DNA of 64,000 nucleotides from Selaginella moellendorffii (Eukaryota > Plantae > Lycopodiophyta), in the NCBI RefSeq assembly GCF_000143415.4, contig NW_003314293.1, positions 1,022,062 to 1,086,061 of the forward strand, read 5' to 3'. Shown here in pieces: positions 37,701 to 50,400 of this stretch (position 1 is its first letter; each line of letters starts with the position of its first letter). The notes below the pieces were generated by a model, which made no database searches, was not told the origin of the DNA, and worked only from the letters and a program-made list of their open reading frames with translations. A program made the translations under genes and the position numbers.

Positions 37701-37987
37701 ATGCTTTATTTCGTTAAAGTGGAACTTTTCATTATCCCACTTATGGTGTGTGGCCACATGCCATTTTTATAACAACAATAAAAAATTGAAGTTTTAGCTT
37801 TATAATTTATAAATTAAAAACTTTTCATATGATTTTGTGTTATAATATTGTGAAATATAAAAAATAAATTAAAAAACTGATAGAAATATTAATAAATATT
37901 AATTAAGTACTAGGAAATGGCATGTGGACACATGCTAATTAATGTCCCACTTTACTGAGTAAGTTCCACTTTAACGAAATAAAGCAT
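37701..37987. mobile_element. MITE of the Sola-like family
   Basis: Perfect 27-bp TIRs ATGCTTTATTTCGTTAAAGTGGAACTT, near-identical to the large element's TIRs. Inserted in a poly-C run of the LTR and absent from the sister LTR (~56073). Carries two family palindromes (37743, 37917). Confidence 0.92.
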
Positions 37988-40900
37988 CCCCCCCCCCCCC
38001 CCCCCCTTGCCCTTGTGGGGCAAGGGTTTTATACAAGGAAGATGGGGAATATTCTGAGGACCAAAAATATTCCTCTCTCTCTCTCTCACTCTCTCGATGG
38101 CCACGCCCTAACATGTGACCATAGTGGATCGCGCTGGCTCTAGATGCATGAGAACCCACCGAAGAGTGTAAAGTGTACCTCTACTACTAATGCCAAGTGT
38201 TGGTAGTTGTGTGAAATAGTAGAAACTCTAGAAAACAAAGTGGAAAAGAAATAAAAGAGGTAGGTGTGAAGTTTGGAGACAGGGAAGAAACCCGGTGGGA
38301 AACCCTATAGTCAAACTAGACCCTAAAGTTAAAGAAAAGTGCAGAAAAAGTGTGAAAAGAGGAGGAAAATAGAGGAAAAAGAGTGAGAACCCAAAGAACT
38401 TAACCTGTACCTAGATTTTGTCTCAGGAAAGTGTAATATGCAAATGCAGCCTCTTGATGACTTCCGGTATGCTCCAAGGATTGGCCAAAATCGAGAAAGC
38501 AAGAGAGGTAGAAGTGGGGATGCGTTGCCCAAGGGTGGTAAGTGTGGAAATGATGAAAAATGGAGTGGTATAGTGGAGTGCCAAGATGGTGGTGGCACTC
38601 TGAAAAGGTGGCCATTGATAACCGTTGGCCCGTAGAGTAAGTGTTGACCTCTCGGAGTAGCCGGTAACCGGTAACTAGTAACTAGTAACCAGTAACTAGG
38701 GGCCTGTAACCGGTAACCACCTGCTCTCACTCCTACTCCTGCACCTACTCTAGCACCGATATGGTGGAGTGATATGATGGAGCGCCGAGATGGTGGTGGC
38801 ACTCTAAGAAGGTGGCCATCTTTGAAATAAGAGTAACTGAAAAAGGCAGCAACTGAAAAGGATGGTGTGGTCGCTGGGTTGCCGGTAAAGGAAGGTGGCA
38901 TGTGTCCACTAAGCGCTGGAGCAAAAGAAAGTCACTTCGGCTTCTATGGCCTCACCTAAAGATCCACCTAGGTGCCTTAAGTGAACAGGTTCACCCGGTT
39001 GGAAGAAAGTCGCTCCAAAAAAGCTCGTGCATCGTCGGCAAATGGTCATAAGGATATCTCGGAAACAGCACGTCCAAATGAGGTGGTGTCTTTTGCTACT
39101 GGTGCACGTGACATGATGTAAATGTGACCTCAAATAGAGATATGAATGATGGTGAAAGAATGAAAGATGCAAGATGGGCATCTAGATGGAATTGTGAGTG
39201 TAGATGATATGGAATGGGTGAGGGGAATGTGTGGAGTGTAGTAATGGTAAGGGAAGGGCCAAAGAACTTGGAACATAGACCGGGCCAAGTGAGGAACCTC
39301 CATACAAATAGCAATGTAGCTTGAGCACAAAATCCAAGGCATGGGCCATGGTCCAATGGAGAAACACCCTCTGAAAGTAAGAAAAGGAGTCATGAAAGTA
39401 AAGTGAAAGAAAAGAGAAAAAAGAAAAAGAAGAGAAGAGGAATGCCTCACCGAATGAAGCGTTTGAGGTGAGAGTGGTTATGAGCGTGTGGGAGCTCACG
39501 TCCATCAACATCAACTAGCACATATGCTCCACCTCCGATATGTTGTTGGATAAAGTAGGGGCTGGTCCAGCAAGGGGAGAACTTTGAAGGCGGCGTAAAC
39601 TCCTTGAGTAGAACAAGATCACCATCCTCGAATGGTTCTGCAGACCGCTGGTGACCAATGACTGACTTGATCTTCTACTTGCCTCGAAGGAGATGTTCCG
39701 ATGTGGATCGTCACTGTTCTTCCAAGGCAAGAACCTCCAAGTCACATGCATAAAGCTTGTTCTCATCGCTAAGCTACATCGCTGCTGCGTATTGAAGTGA
39801 AAGTGGGAGTGATGGCACTTGTATCTCCATTGGAAGCACGGCCTCTGTCCCATAGACAAGGGAGAATGGGGTTGCAGAGATGGATGTCTTGAAGGACATC
39901 CAAAAGGCCCACAACGCAATAACCAAGTGCTCATGCCAATGCCTTGGGTGATCCTCCACAAGCTTTGAGATGACTGTCTTCAATATCTTGTTGCTGGACT
40001 TCGCCTGGCCATTGCACTCAGAATAATAGCTGTTGCTCTTCACGTGCTTGACCTACAGCTGTTGGAGAAGATGTTGCATATCCTGTCCAAGGAAGCCGTT
40101 GCCACGATTGGAAATCAAAATAGCAAGAACTCCGAATTGGCAAATGATGTACTCGTAGACAAACTTTACTATAGATTGTTGATATTCCTATCATAGAGGG
40201 GTGGCCTCAACCCATTTTGTGAAATGGTCCATCGCCACGATAATGTATCGTTGTCCTTTTGAGCTCGGTGGGTTGATCGGGCCGACGAAGTCAAATCTCC
40301 ACTGGAAAAAGGGGCCCGGAGAAGTGATGAGCTGAAAAGGAAGACGTGTAACATGGCTTCGAGGGTTGAACCATTGGCACTGCTCATAGGTCTTGGCATA
40401 GGCCAAGCTGTCCTGGTGAATTCGAGGCCAAAAGTAGTCATGGCACAAGAGAAGCTGTGTTGTGACCCGTCCCAAGAAATGCCCCACACAAGAGTGGAAA
40501 GCGCGAAAGAGCTCAGGGACCTCATGTTCATCCACACACCACAACAAAACTTCCTGAGAAGTCCTCCTGTAAAGGTGTCCATCGAGAAGGCAAAACCCCT
40601 GTGCTCAGATCTCTAATGCCTTTTGTTGCACTGGTGAGGAATCTGCTAGGAACTGACCTGAATCCAGGTACACTGCAATGTCCTGTAATGCTGCTGGGAC
40701 CACAAAGGAAGTAGCTTTAGCAACCAGGAACTCACTCAGATCCATCACACACTTCTGCCACATGTGAAAAGTTGGCTGGAACTCTTGGATGGTCACAATC
40801 CAAGATAAAGTATGAGGACTGTGAACTAGTCGCTATAAAAGAAAGGTTAGCACATTGAAATAGACGTGGAAATGGATACAGGCTCTAGTGAGAAAGTGAC

Positions 40901-41886
40901 AAAATCACTCTAAGGTGTAAACAACAACCATTGCTTCTTTTTCCGCATCCATATACTTCTTCTCAGTCTCCTTGAACGAATGTGAGGCATACTATGTCAC
41001 ATGTGGGGGCTTGCCAGGCTGTGAACATTGGCAAAGGCATACTCCAAAAGCCTCTATACCCGTTGTGATGTAAATGTCAAAAGGAAGTTGTCGCTCTGGT
41101 GGTTAAAGTACCGGGGCTGTGCGGAGTGACTGCTTCAGTGATTCAAAGGCTTGTTTCTGGGACTCACCCCCAGACAAATGGAACATTGTGTTGTAGTAGA
41201 GCTATCAAGGGCCGTGAACATGCAGCATAGTTGTGGAGGAAACAGCGAAAGAAACCCATTTGCCCGAGGAAGTTGCGAAGTTGCTTCACGTTGGTTGGTG
41301 GGTTCCAATCCAGAATCTCCTAAGCCTTGGCTACCTAGGGCTTGATCCCATCCTATGAGACATCAAAGCCCAACAGCTGGCCTTTAGTCACCTCGAATTT
41401 ACACTTTTCCGGGTTTAATGAAAACTTATGTTGTCGGCAGCGAGTGAAGATCTACTCCAAGTGCACAAGGTGGTCCTCAAAGGAGTTAGAGGTTGTGCAC
41501 AGATCATCCATATACACCCTCAAGGCACCTCCAATCAAGTCGTGAAAGGCGTGGGTCATAAAGGGCTGAAAAGTAGCTCCAGTGTTACACAAGCCAAATG
41601 AGAGGAAGTTGAAAGCGAAGACGCCATAAAGTGTCCGAAAGGCCGTAAGATCTCGATAATCGGGATGAATGAAAATCTGGTTGTACTCTGAAAAGCCATA
41701 CATGAAAGAGTAGTAATGGTGTCCAGCCATCTCATCCACAATCGCATTAATAAATGGAGTCGGAAAGTGATCTTTCGCAATTGCCTTGTTCAAGTCTCGA
41801 AAGTCAACGTAGAGGCAGAGTTTTCCATTTGCCTTGTGTGCAGGAACAAGATTGGCCACCCACTCTGAGCTCTCCAAAGGGTAAAT

Positions 41887-44800
41887 GCTCAGAGTGGGTG
41901 GCCAAAGTAAATGCCCAAACCATAGGCCTGTTGAACATCTATGCCCCGGCATCCCGCTCCACCTCACGAGCACACTTCTTCCGAATTCTGCAGCGTCGTC
42001 TTCCAACCGGAATCAAAGATTGGATCCTGGCTGGTGACTTCAATTTTGTGGACCACGAGGAGGATAAACTGGGAGGCATAATCCAGGATAGACGTACACG
42101 TGCGGAACGCCTTGCATGGAACTCGTTCCTCTTACAGATTGGCATCTGCGACACTTACAAGATCCCAGGTCTTGTGACACATGAACTGCACTTCACATGG
42201 CGAGAACGTCAATGCAGAGGCATACAACGTCGTCTGGACCACTTCTACCTCACCATGGACCTGTGCATGCAAGGGGGGAAGTTGGACATCGTCAACACCT
42301 ACACGGACTTCTCGGACCACCATCCAATTAGACTCACACTTCCCTTTTGAAGATCGAGAGGCCCAAGGAAGCCAGTTGGCATACCCAAGAAGTTCTTTGA
42401 GGAGCAAGTCAACAATAACCAGACGCACGAGCAATGGGAAAAACACAAGGGGAACCTACACTCCTTCACCCTTCAAATCACTCAAGAGGCTCGAGCCAAG
42501 ATCCGGAAAGATAGGAGAGGTGTCTTTAACATTGTCCAAAAGGTTTGGAGAGTCCTGGCCTCGATCAACACTGACCTTCGCAGTAACCTGGATGACTCGT
42601 GGCTACAAGCTCAAAAAATCCAGGTTAAGCGCCAACTGGAAAGGATAGAGGCCGACAAGATGGAAGCTTTTCTAAAAGTAGGACACATCAAATGGCACGC
42701 AAGCGAGCTCGCGCTGAACAGGGAGTTCTATCGATCCATAAGATCTAAAGTGGTCTCCTCACCAATGTTCAGATTGAAGGATGAACAAGGGCAACTGCAC
42801 ACAAAGATTGACGGCATGCACAACATGGCAGAACACTACTACTCCCAGCTTTTCAAGGAGGAACCATGGGATGAGGTCAGGCAAGAGAAACTTGAATGAG
42901 TGCTGGAGCATATCCCAACCAAGTACACCCCAGCAATGAACACCAGACTAATGAGACCTTTCATGCTGTGAGAATTAAAGGATGCCCTGGATGACCTCAA
43001 GGACGACAAGATGCCAGGGGAGGATGGCATGCCACCAGCCTTCTACAAACAAAACTAGGAATGGATTGGACCAGAAGTTCTCAAGATGTGGCAAGAAACC
43101 ATGCGAGCTGGGAAGTGGCTGGAAGGAGCTATAGATGGGATCATTGCGCTGATACCAAAAAAAGGAGATATGTCCCACCTCAAGAACTGGAGGCCCATCT
43201 CTATGCTGAACACCATGTACAAGATTGTAGCAAAAGCCTTAGCATCACGCTTCAAGTCTCTGCTCCCAGAAACGATCAAGGAGACACAGAACGGATTCGT
43301 GGATGGCAGGAAAATCATGGACAATCTCCTAACAGTCCTTTTGGCGCAAGAACACACCAAAGACATGGCCGAGCAGATCGCAATCATTCTCCTGGACTTC
43401 GAAAAAGCTTATGACCGGGTGGATTGGAAAGTTCTCCAGGCCATAATGATCAAGCAAGGAGTCCCTCTGCAGTTCGTGGAATGGACAGCATCCTTGCACC
43501 ACTCGGCATCGAGCAGGGTTACAATCAATGGAACCATGGGACAGTCTTTCAAACTTGAAAGATCGGTCCACCAAGGCTGCCCCCTCGCACCATACCTATT
43601 CCTGTTTGTTGCGGATGCTCTAGCCTACTACCTCGCCCGACCAAAGGGCCCGAAAGGTATGCCCCTTCCAGGCTGTGGCTCCGTGCTTCAGGACATGAAC
43701 GAAGCCTCAAAGGAGGACCTCCTATCATCAGCCTTTGCAGACGACACAAGCCTGATCGTGGAGGGATCACCGGAGAACCTCTCAAACGCAAAAGGGACCT
43801 GGACTTCTTCAATGAGGCCATGGGATAAAAAATAAACTAGCAGAAATCGGTAGGACTATGGCTCCCCCCCAGCAGACCTCCAACATGGGGCACGGAGCTG
43901 GGCTTCAAATGGCTGGACACAAAGGAGACCACCCACTACCTTGGTTTCCAAGTCGGACACCAGTATGATCCAGAACCTCAGAACCAAAAAGCAGTTACAA
44001 ATCTAAGGGATCAACTCAAGTTCTGGACGAGCAGAAAACTATCATTCTCAGCACACTATGTGGTGGCAAACAGCATCCTGCTTGGAGCAATCTGGTTCCT
44101 TGCAGCATGCTGGAACATGGACAAGCGAACGATCCAGGAAATGAACCAACTCATTCAAACCTATGTCTGGAAAGGCTCCTCTTGCGTCTCACGTGGTGGA
44201 GCAAAGGTCAACTGGTAGTCAGTAACACTTCCGAAGCATGAAGGGGGCCTCAATATTATTGACATCGAAGAACAATGCAAGGCTCTCCTCTTCAAGATTT
44301 TCACGAGGATGCTCATGCCTGGCAACCAACCATGGAGAACACTGCTGCGAGCACAACTTTTGAAAGTCCTCCTAGACAGGAATGAGCACACTAGACAAAA
44401 TTGGGCGACAGATGAACAATGGCTCTTCTCGGAAACCAAACTCAAAATGACAAAGGCTCACACATTCTCAGGAAAGCTGTTCAAGCTCTGGAGGCAATTC
44501 AAATGCAAGCTGGAATGTAAACCACCTCGTACCAAAGAACAATTGGACCGACAGCCAATTTTCCTGAGCAAACTCTTCGTTGTCAATGGTAAAATGCTCG
44601 GAGCTTCAAAGGATCACGGCCTGGACCAGACATGCAGAGACCTGCACAGAGCATGGATGAGAACCTTTGTAGAGGCAGACACCATGATCCAGCCCAACTA
44701 GACGGCCAACAACTGTGACCGAATCAGTGCCTTCTATGGATTAACCATCTCGGAACACAGGATGCGTAAATTCCAGACAGCCTTTTTAGCAGCCAAACAC

Positions 44801-46148
44801 CCATGCCTTGAATGACTAAACCTGCAAGAAGACCAATACCATCGATGGTGGAAGGTGGACGAGTTGATTGTATGTGCCCTCCCCAACATGGCATCGGGAC
44901 TAATCTTTGAGGCAGAACAGGCTGGACGCTTGTACCCCATCATCACCCCTGAGTACGAGGACCTCCCAGATATGAGAAGAGCTAAACCGATCAGAGTGAT
45001 TCAAATGGAGAAAAAAACTGTCAACATTGATCCATTGATCCCAGAAAAACAATATGCTCGCCTCTACTGGTTCCGCCAACAAACCCTGGATGAACTCAAG
45101 TGGGATCCTGCAGAGTGGCATTGGAGAGGAACCACATGCAAGGACTTCTTCCAGTACGAGACCAAGCTGGGCCGAAAACTGATCAGGGTGCCAACTCGAT
45201 CCTCCCTCTTCCAAAAAGCAAAGGCCCAACAGATCCACTCCAGGAACCACTCACACTGCATCAACAAGATCTGGAAGGGGCACTGGTCAGCTAAGAACCG
45301 CTACTTCATGTGGTTGGCCCAACAAGAACGTGTTCCCTCTATGGCGGCCATACATCTCCCGAACACAGCCTGCAAGACCTGTGGCGCCACAGAAACACAG
45401 CGACACATCTTATAGGAATGTCCGGCAGCACAGGAAGTATGGGAAGGTGCAGCAGCAGTACTCAAACGAACGTCAACCGGAGGAGCTGCAATCACATACG
45501 AATTAGCGCTCTGGGGTAGCTTCATCCAGGGAAAAACAAAGAATCCTGATGCATGGAAGTGGAGACACAACGAGGCCCCACACTTTGATCAACTCAACCA
45601 AACCCAGACACACATTAAGCATCTCCACTAGGAGCTCTTCGATGTGCTTCGGGGATGCACACTAGCAGAGATATGGAAGGCTCGCTGGGCCAGGTTGTTC
45701 GATGACATGGACCCCTTGGCTTGAGAAACTATCTCAAAGGTTTGGTCCAAATTGATCGTCTCACTCACGGCCCGCCTGGACATACTGATCAAACGAGGCG
45801 AGGAAGGGAAGATAGCGAAGGAAAAGGAGTTGTGGCCATTTTTTAGAGGAAGAAGCGAGGCTGGAGAAGAAGAATGGACGTGGAAACCACCAATATGGAT
45901 TTGGCAGCACATGTTCAAAAACGACAGTACATGTACCTCCCTGAGTTGACAGAGTTCAACACCAGGAACTTTGGAAGCTTGGAGATCGGACATCACAGAC
46001 TCGAGTACCAGTTCTACTTTGTCCCCCTCGTCCCACCCCCCCTAAAAATCTTGAAGAGCTCTTTCCCGGTTTCGAGTAGGTCGAAATCGGACTCTATGGT
46101 CTATAGAGGATAAATTAAAGCCCCATTGACAAAGGGCATAAATAAAAA
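41887..46148 (+). mobile_element. 5'-truncated L1/Tx1-like LINE (ORF2: APE endonuclease, RT, zf-RVT), degenerate
   Basis: Endonuclease NIYAP, ILAGDFN, RRLDHFY, SDHHPI; RT NWRPISMLN, LDFEKAYDRV, QGCPLAPYLF, AFADD; zinc finger CKTCGATETQRHIL*EC; A-rich tail ~46140-46147. Confidence 0.92.
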
Positions 46149-46666
46149 CTCAGACACACATTAAGCATCTCCACCAGGAGCTCTTTGATGTGCTTCGGGG
46201 ATGCACACTAGCAGAGATATGGAAGGCTCGCTGCACTAGGCTATTTGATGACACGGACCCCTCGGCTCAAGCAACTATCTCAAAGGTTTGGTCCAGATTG
46301 ATCGTCTCACTTGCGGCCCGCCTGGACACGCTGATCAAACGAGGCGAGGAAGGGAAGATAGTGAAGGAGAAGAAGCTATGGCCGTTTTTTAGAGGAAGAA
46401 GCGAGGCTGGAGAAGAAGAATGGACGTGGAAACCACCAATATGGATTTGGCAGCACATGTTCAAGAATGACGGTACGTGTACCTCTCCGAGTCAACAGAG
46501 TTCAACACCAGGAACTTCAGAAGCTTTGAGATCGGATGTCACGGACCCAAGTACCAGTTCTACTTTGTCCCCCTCGTCCCACCCCCCCTAAAAATCTTGA
46601 AGAGCTCTTTCCCGGTTTCGAGCAGGTCGAAATCAGTTTATAGAGGATAAATTAAAACCCCATTGA
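46149..46666 (+). mobile_element. Second, diverged 3' fragment of the same LINE family in tandem
   Basis: Repeats ~45603-46130 with many substitutions. Followed by CAAAGGGTAAAT (46667-46678), which duplicates 41875-41886 (TSD). Confidence 0.88.
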
Positions 46667-47406
46667 CAAAGGGTAAATAAAGCCGGCTACCAGAAGTCGC
46701 TTGATCTCCAACTTCATCTCTGAGTGAGCTACAAGGCTGAAACGTTGCATCTTTTGACAGACTGGTTTGGCTGACTCTGAAAGCACAATACTGTGCATGA
46801 TTGTGTCCATGGGAACTCCTAGAAGCTGGCTGTAGTCCCAAGCAAACATGTCCTTGAAACAGTGGAGGCAATCTAAGAGCTTTGCTGCGTTTGTTGAAGT
46901 AAATGATGTGGCAATAAAGACCAAGTCTTTATCATCACCTAGGAAAACAGCATGAACCTTGGAGTCTAGAAAAACCTTGGGCTTAGAGGGCTCATCTATC
47001 TTAGATTCCTCCTTGGCCTTGGAAACCAAAGAGTAGGGAGTGCCTTTTGCCTCTTGCATCATGGTGATTGCTTGCTGTGATAACCTGTCTACCCAAAAGT
47101 TTTCTTCAGGAGGGACACTTTGAAAATTCACCTGAGAGAACTCATCCTTCAGGTTGATCGCTTGCTGCCATAGCTCTTTTAGGTTCTCTTTGCGGACTTG
47201 GTATTCTCCAGTAAGTTGGCGTATGATGAGTTGCGCATCTCCAATGAAAGTGACTCATCTAAACTTGAGATCTGTGGCCAACTTCATGGCACTGATAGCT
47301 GCCAAGTACTCTGCTTCATTAGCTGATGTTGCTGGCAAAGTGATAGAGAGGTTGGCTACTTTGTTCTCCGCAGAATCAATCATCCAAACTCCAATGCCGG
47401 CACTCT

Positions 47407-50400
47407 GATCAAGATGCTTCTTTGCAGGGTCATCAAGAAAGACATTGTATACTATTCTGTAAAATCTAGTTGCGATCTAACGGTTGGATCTCCAGAAAAC
47501 TCAAAAAAATCTCGCGCATATCAGAATATTCTAGGAATATACTCCTATGTGCCCCTTAAAATAGCATGCGGCCCCACGCCATTCAAGAGATAACGCCAGA
47601 TGACGCCGAGCATTTTTTGGTGCATTTTTTGGGATTTTTTGTATACCATTCTTTATTTAGTTGAACATCTGGCATTTTTGGAAATACAAGATGCTTTGGA
47701 ATATCCAATCATGCATGGTGTAAATATAGCGAGGGTATTAAATGATATCCCAATCATGATCTTTTTTTTGGATTTCGCGTGCATGCAGTCCGAGGAATGA
47801 TGACGTTGCGGATTTCTTTTGGATTTCACGTGCATGCATGCGCGCGGCGATCCAGAAATTAATGGTGGCGCCCAAGTCCGAGGAATGATGACATGGCGGG
47901 ATTACCAACCGTCGTGACATTTCGCGCGTGTGAGGTTAGGTTTTGCATTTTGCTTCGTACTCGCGCTCGCATCGCACTCCCACTCGCGATCACGCTCACA
48001 TTCGCGCTCATCTACCTTCTGTACAGGTTTCTCGTGTGCATCGGCGTCCACTCGCGCTTGCATCACACTCGTGCTCGCATCGCGCTCGCATCGAGCTCGT
48101 GTGCATCGGCATCCACTTCAAGACACACCCAGTTTGTAACTTCGCCGCCAACTCCGCCGCCCACTCCGCCACCCACACGCAGCCCACTTGGCGTCCCGGG
48201 AGATTTCAGCACCACTCTCCAACTGTAAGTGGCAGAGTAGCTTTGCTGCTACGATCCGCTGCACACACAGTGCACATTTGCCAGCGAGTCCGGCTTCGAT
48301 TGTCACGCCTCCATTCGGCTTTAAATGGTAAGTCTTTTAGGCCAAGTAGAAAATGGCATGAGGCCACATGCCATTCAGTAGCAACATTGGCATGCACCGA
48401 TTGGGCTCTCAAGTGCAATCCGGTTACAGATGGCGTGTAGCCTCATGCCATCTTAGGATGCAGCCTCAAGACATCTGATGCAGTGGTGAATGGCGTGTGG
48501 CCTCACGTTATTTCCAGCTGCTAGCTTTTCATCTGTCAGCTCTAATTGTTGTGCATTTCTGAACAGGCGAGGAATTGCGTTCTTCTTCCAGCCACTGTCA
48601 ATGTGGATGCAGAGAAGGGGGAGGAGCTCACCAGTTGGACTTTTGGGATGGAAGGCGAGGATCTGAGGCTGTACAACACAGATGGTGGGAGAAAAGAATG
48701 CATGGGGATCCTCATCCAAGTGATAGACACTCCATGCAGTTCCATGCAAGAATATGGACTGGCACTTGTGGTAGAGACAGCGTTCGCCTTCAAGATCCAC
48801 CTTGCACATCCTAGCGGCTTCCCGGAGGGGGGCAGCAGCTATGAGGAATTCCTAGAGGGAGCTAGGGAGAGGTTGTCCAGGAGGCCCACAATTTCAAAGA
48901 CGCTGCGGGTCTATGAAGATCACATGGAATCCACGGACCTCACCTACGGCGATGTTCAAAAACTATATTCCAACATTGAGCTGTTGAGAGTGCCTCCAGT
49001 TCGCGAAGCGAAGGGGAAGGGGGTCGATCTGGAAACTACCCCGAAGCAGAAAGGGTGGTCAAGCTCAAGCCGACGTCCGACTCTTTTGCTGCAAAAAAGA
49101 AGCTACTCGGTGATGCCATTGCCTCGGGTTCGAACACTACACCCACCAAAAGGAAGAGCCGCAAAAAGCAGAAAGAGCAAGAAAAGGCAGCAAAAATCGT
49201 CGCAGATAATAGTACTTGTTACTATTCTAACAAAGTATATACAATCGACGTGAGCCGTATCGACATCCAAAGCAAATACAACCACAGGCTAGTATTTGAT
49301 GAGTGGGTGGAGAAACTGAAGCAGAAGATGCTAGCAAGTCCAGTAACACCCGACATCGCAGACGTGATCCCCTACTACCGAACAATAAAGGGCGAGACGA
49401 GGTTTCCAGACTTGATCAATAGGAAGGTGTTGGACGATCAGAACATCCGGTTCTATGCCGTCTCCGGGCAGCATTCTAGCTTGGTGATGCAAGAGATAGT
49501 TGTGGATATTATGGTGGGCGAGGAGGTGAAGAAAGTCTTCAAGACAAGAGTTGTCCGCCTGATAAAAGGCAACTCGCCCCTCCGATCTATCATATACATC
49601 TCCCACGCGCAGAATGTCAAGCAAGAAACGTGCTACAAATCGGGTCTGCACGAGACATTGGCACGAACAAGGAAGCTCTGGGTTCAACTGAAGAAGCCAC
49701 AAAAACCAGGAAAAGGACGTGCACTAGCAACTAGCGCCTGGCAGGTAAGCCTCGTTGCATGTGGCATAGCATATGGCCTCACGCCATTTCCATTGCAGGA
49801 ATTCTTGAATCTTCTCTCGAAAACACTGGGGGTCAATGACACACTCAGCATCCATAACATTCTACTCGCGACAAAAGTTGTTTTTGACAAATGGGTAGAT
49901 GTGCTGAGGAGGTACCATGACGGGGAGTTGCTAAACTCAATGGGTGTGGAGGACGGCCGGAAGCCCAATGATTTGAAGCTCAACGCCTTGCGTTTCTCGC
50001 GGTCTCTAGACGACGACGACCTTCTGACAGTGGCTAATGCTCTTCTACGTGGTGAGGTAGTCTTCAACAAGACCAAAATGACTCCCGGCCATATTATGAC
50101 ATACGAGGACTTGTGCACGACTCTGAGAGCTCGTGCGCTATTGAAGGATTGGATCTTCGAGCAAGTGGCCGTGGAGAGGGTGAGCATCGACACCACGCAA
50201 GAGATGATGGAAGAGCTAGAGTTGTCAAATGAAGACATCGACGAGTACGTGAAGGGGGCCCCCAAGTTCATCGATCTGCTGCGGGATGCCACGAAAAGTA
50301 AAGCTGAGAAGTTGGATCAGTATCCAAATTTCATTAAGAGGGATGTCGACCGCCGGCTTCAGAAACAGCTCAACCCCGCAGCAGAGGCCTATCGAGAACC

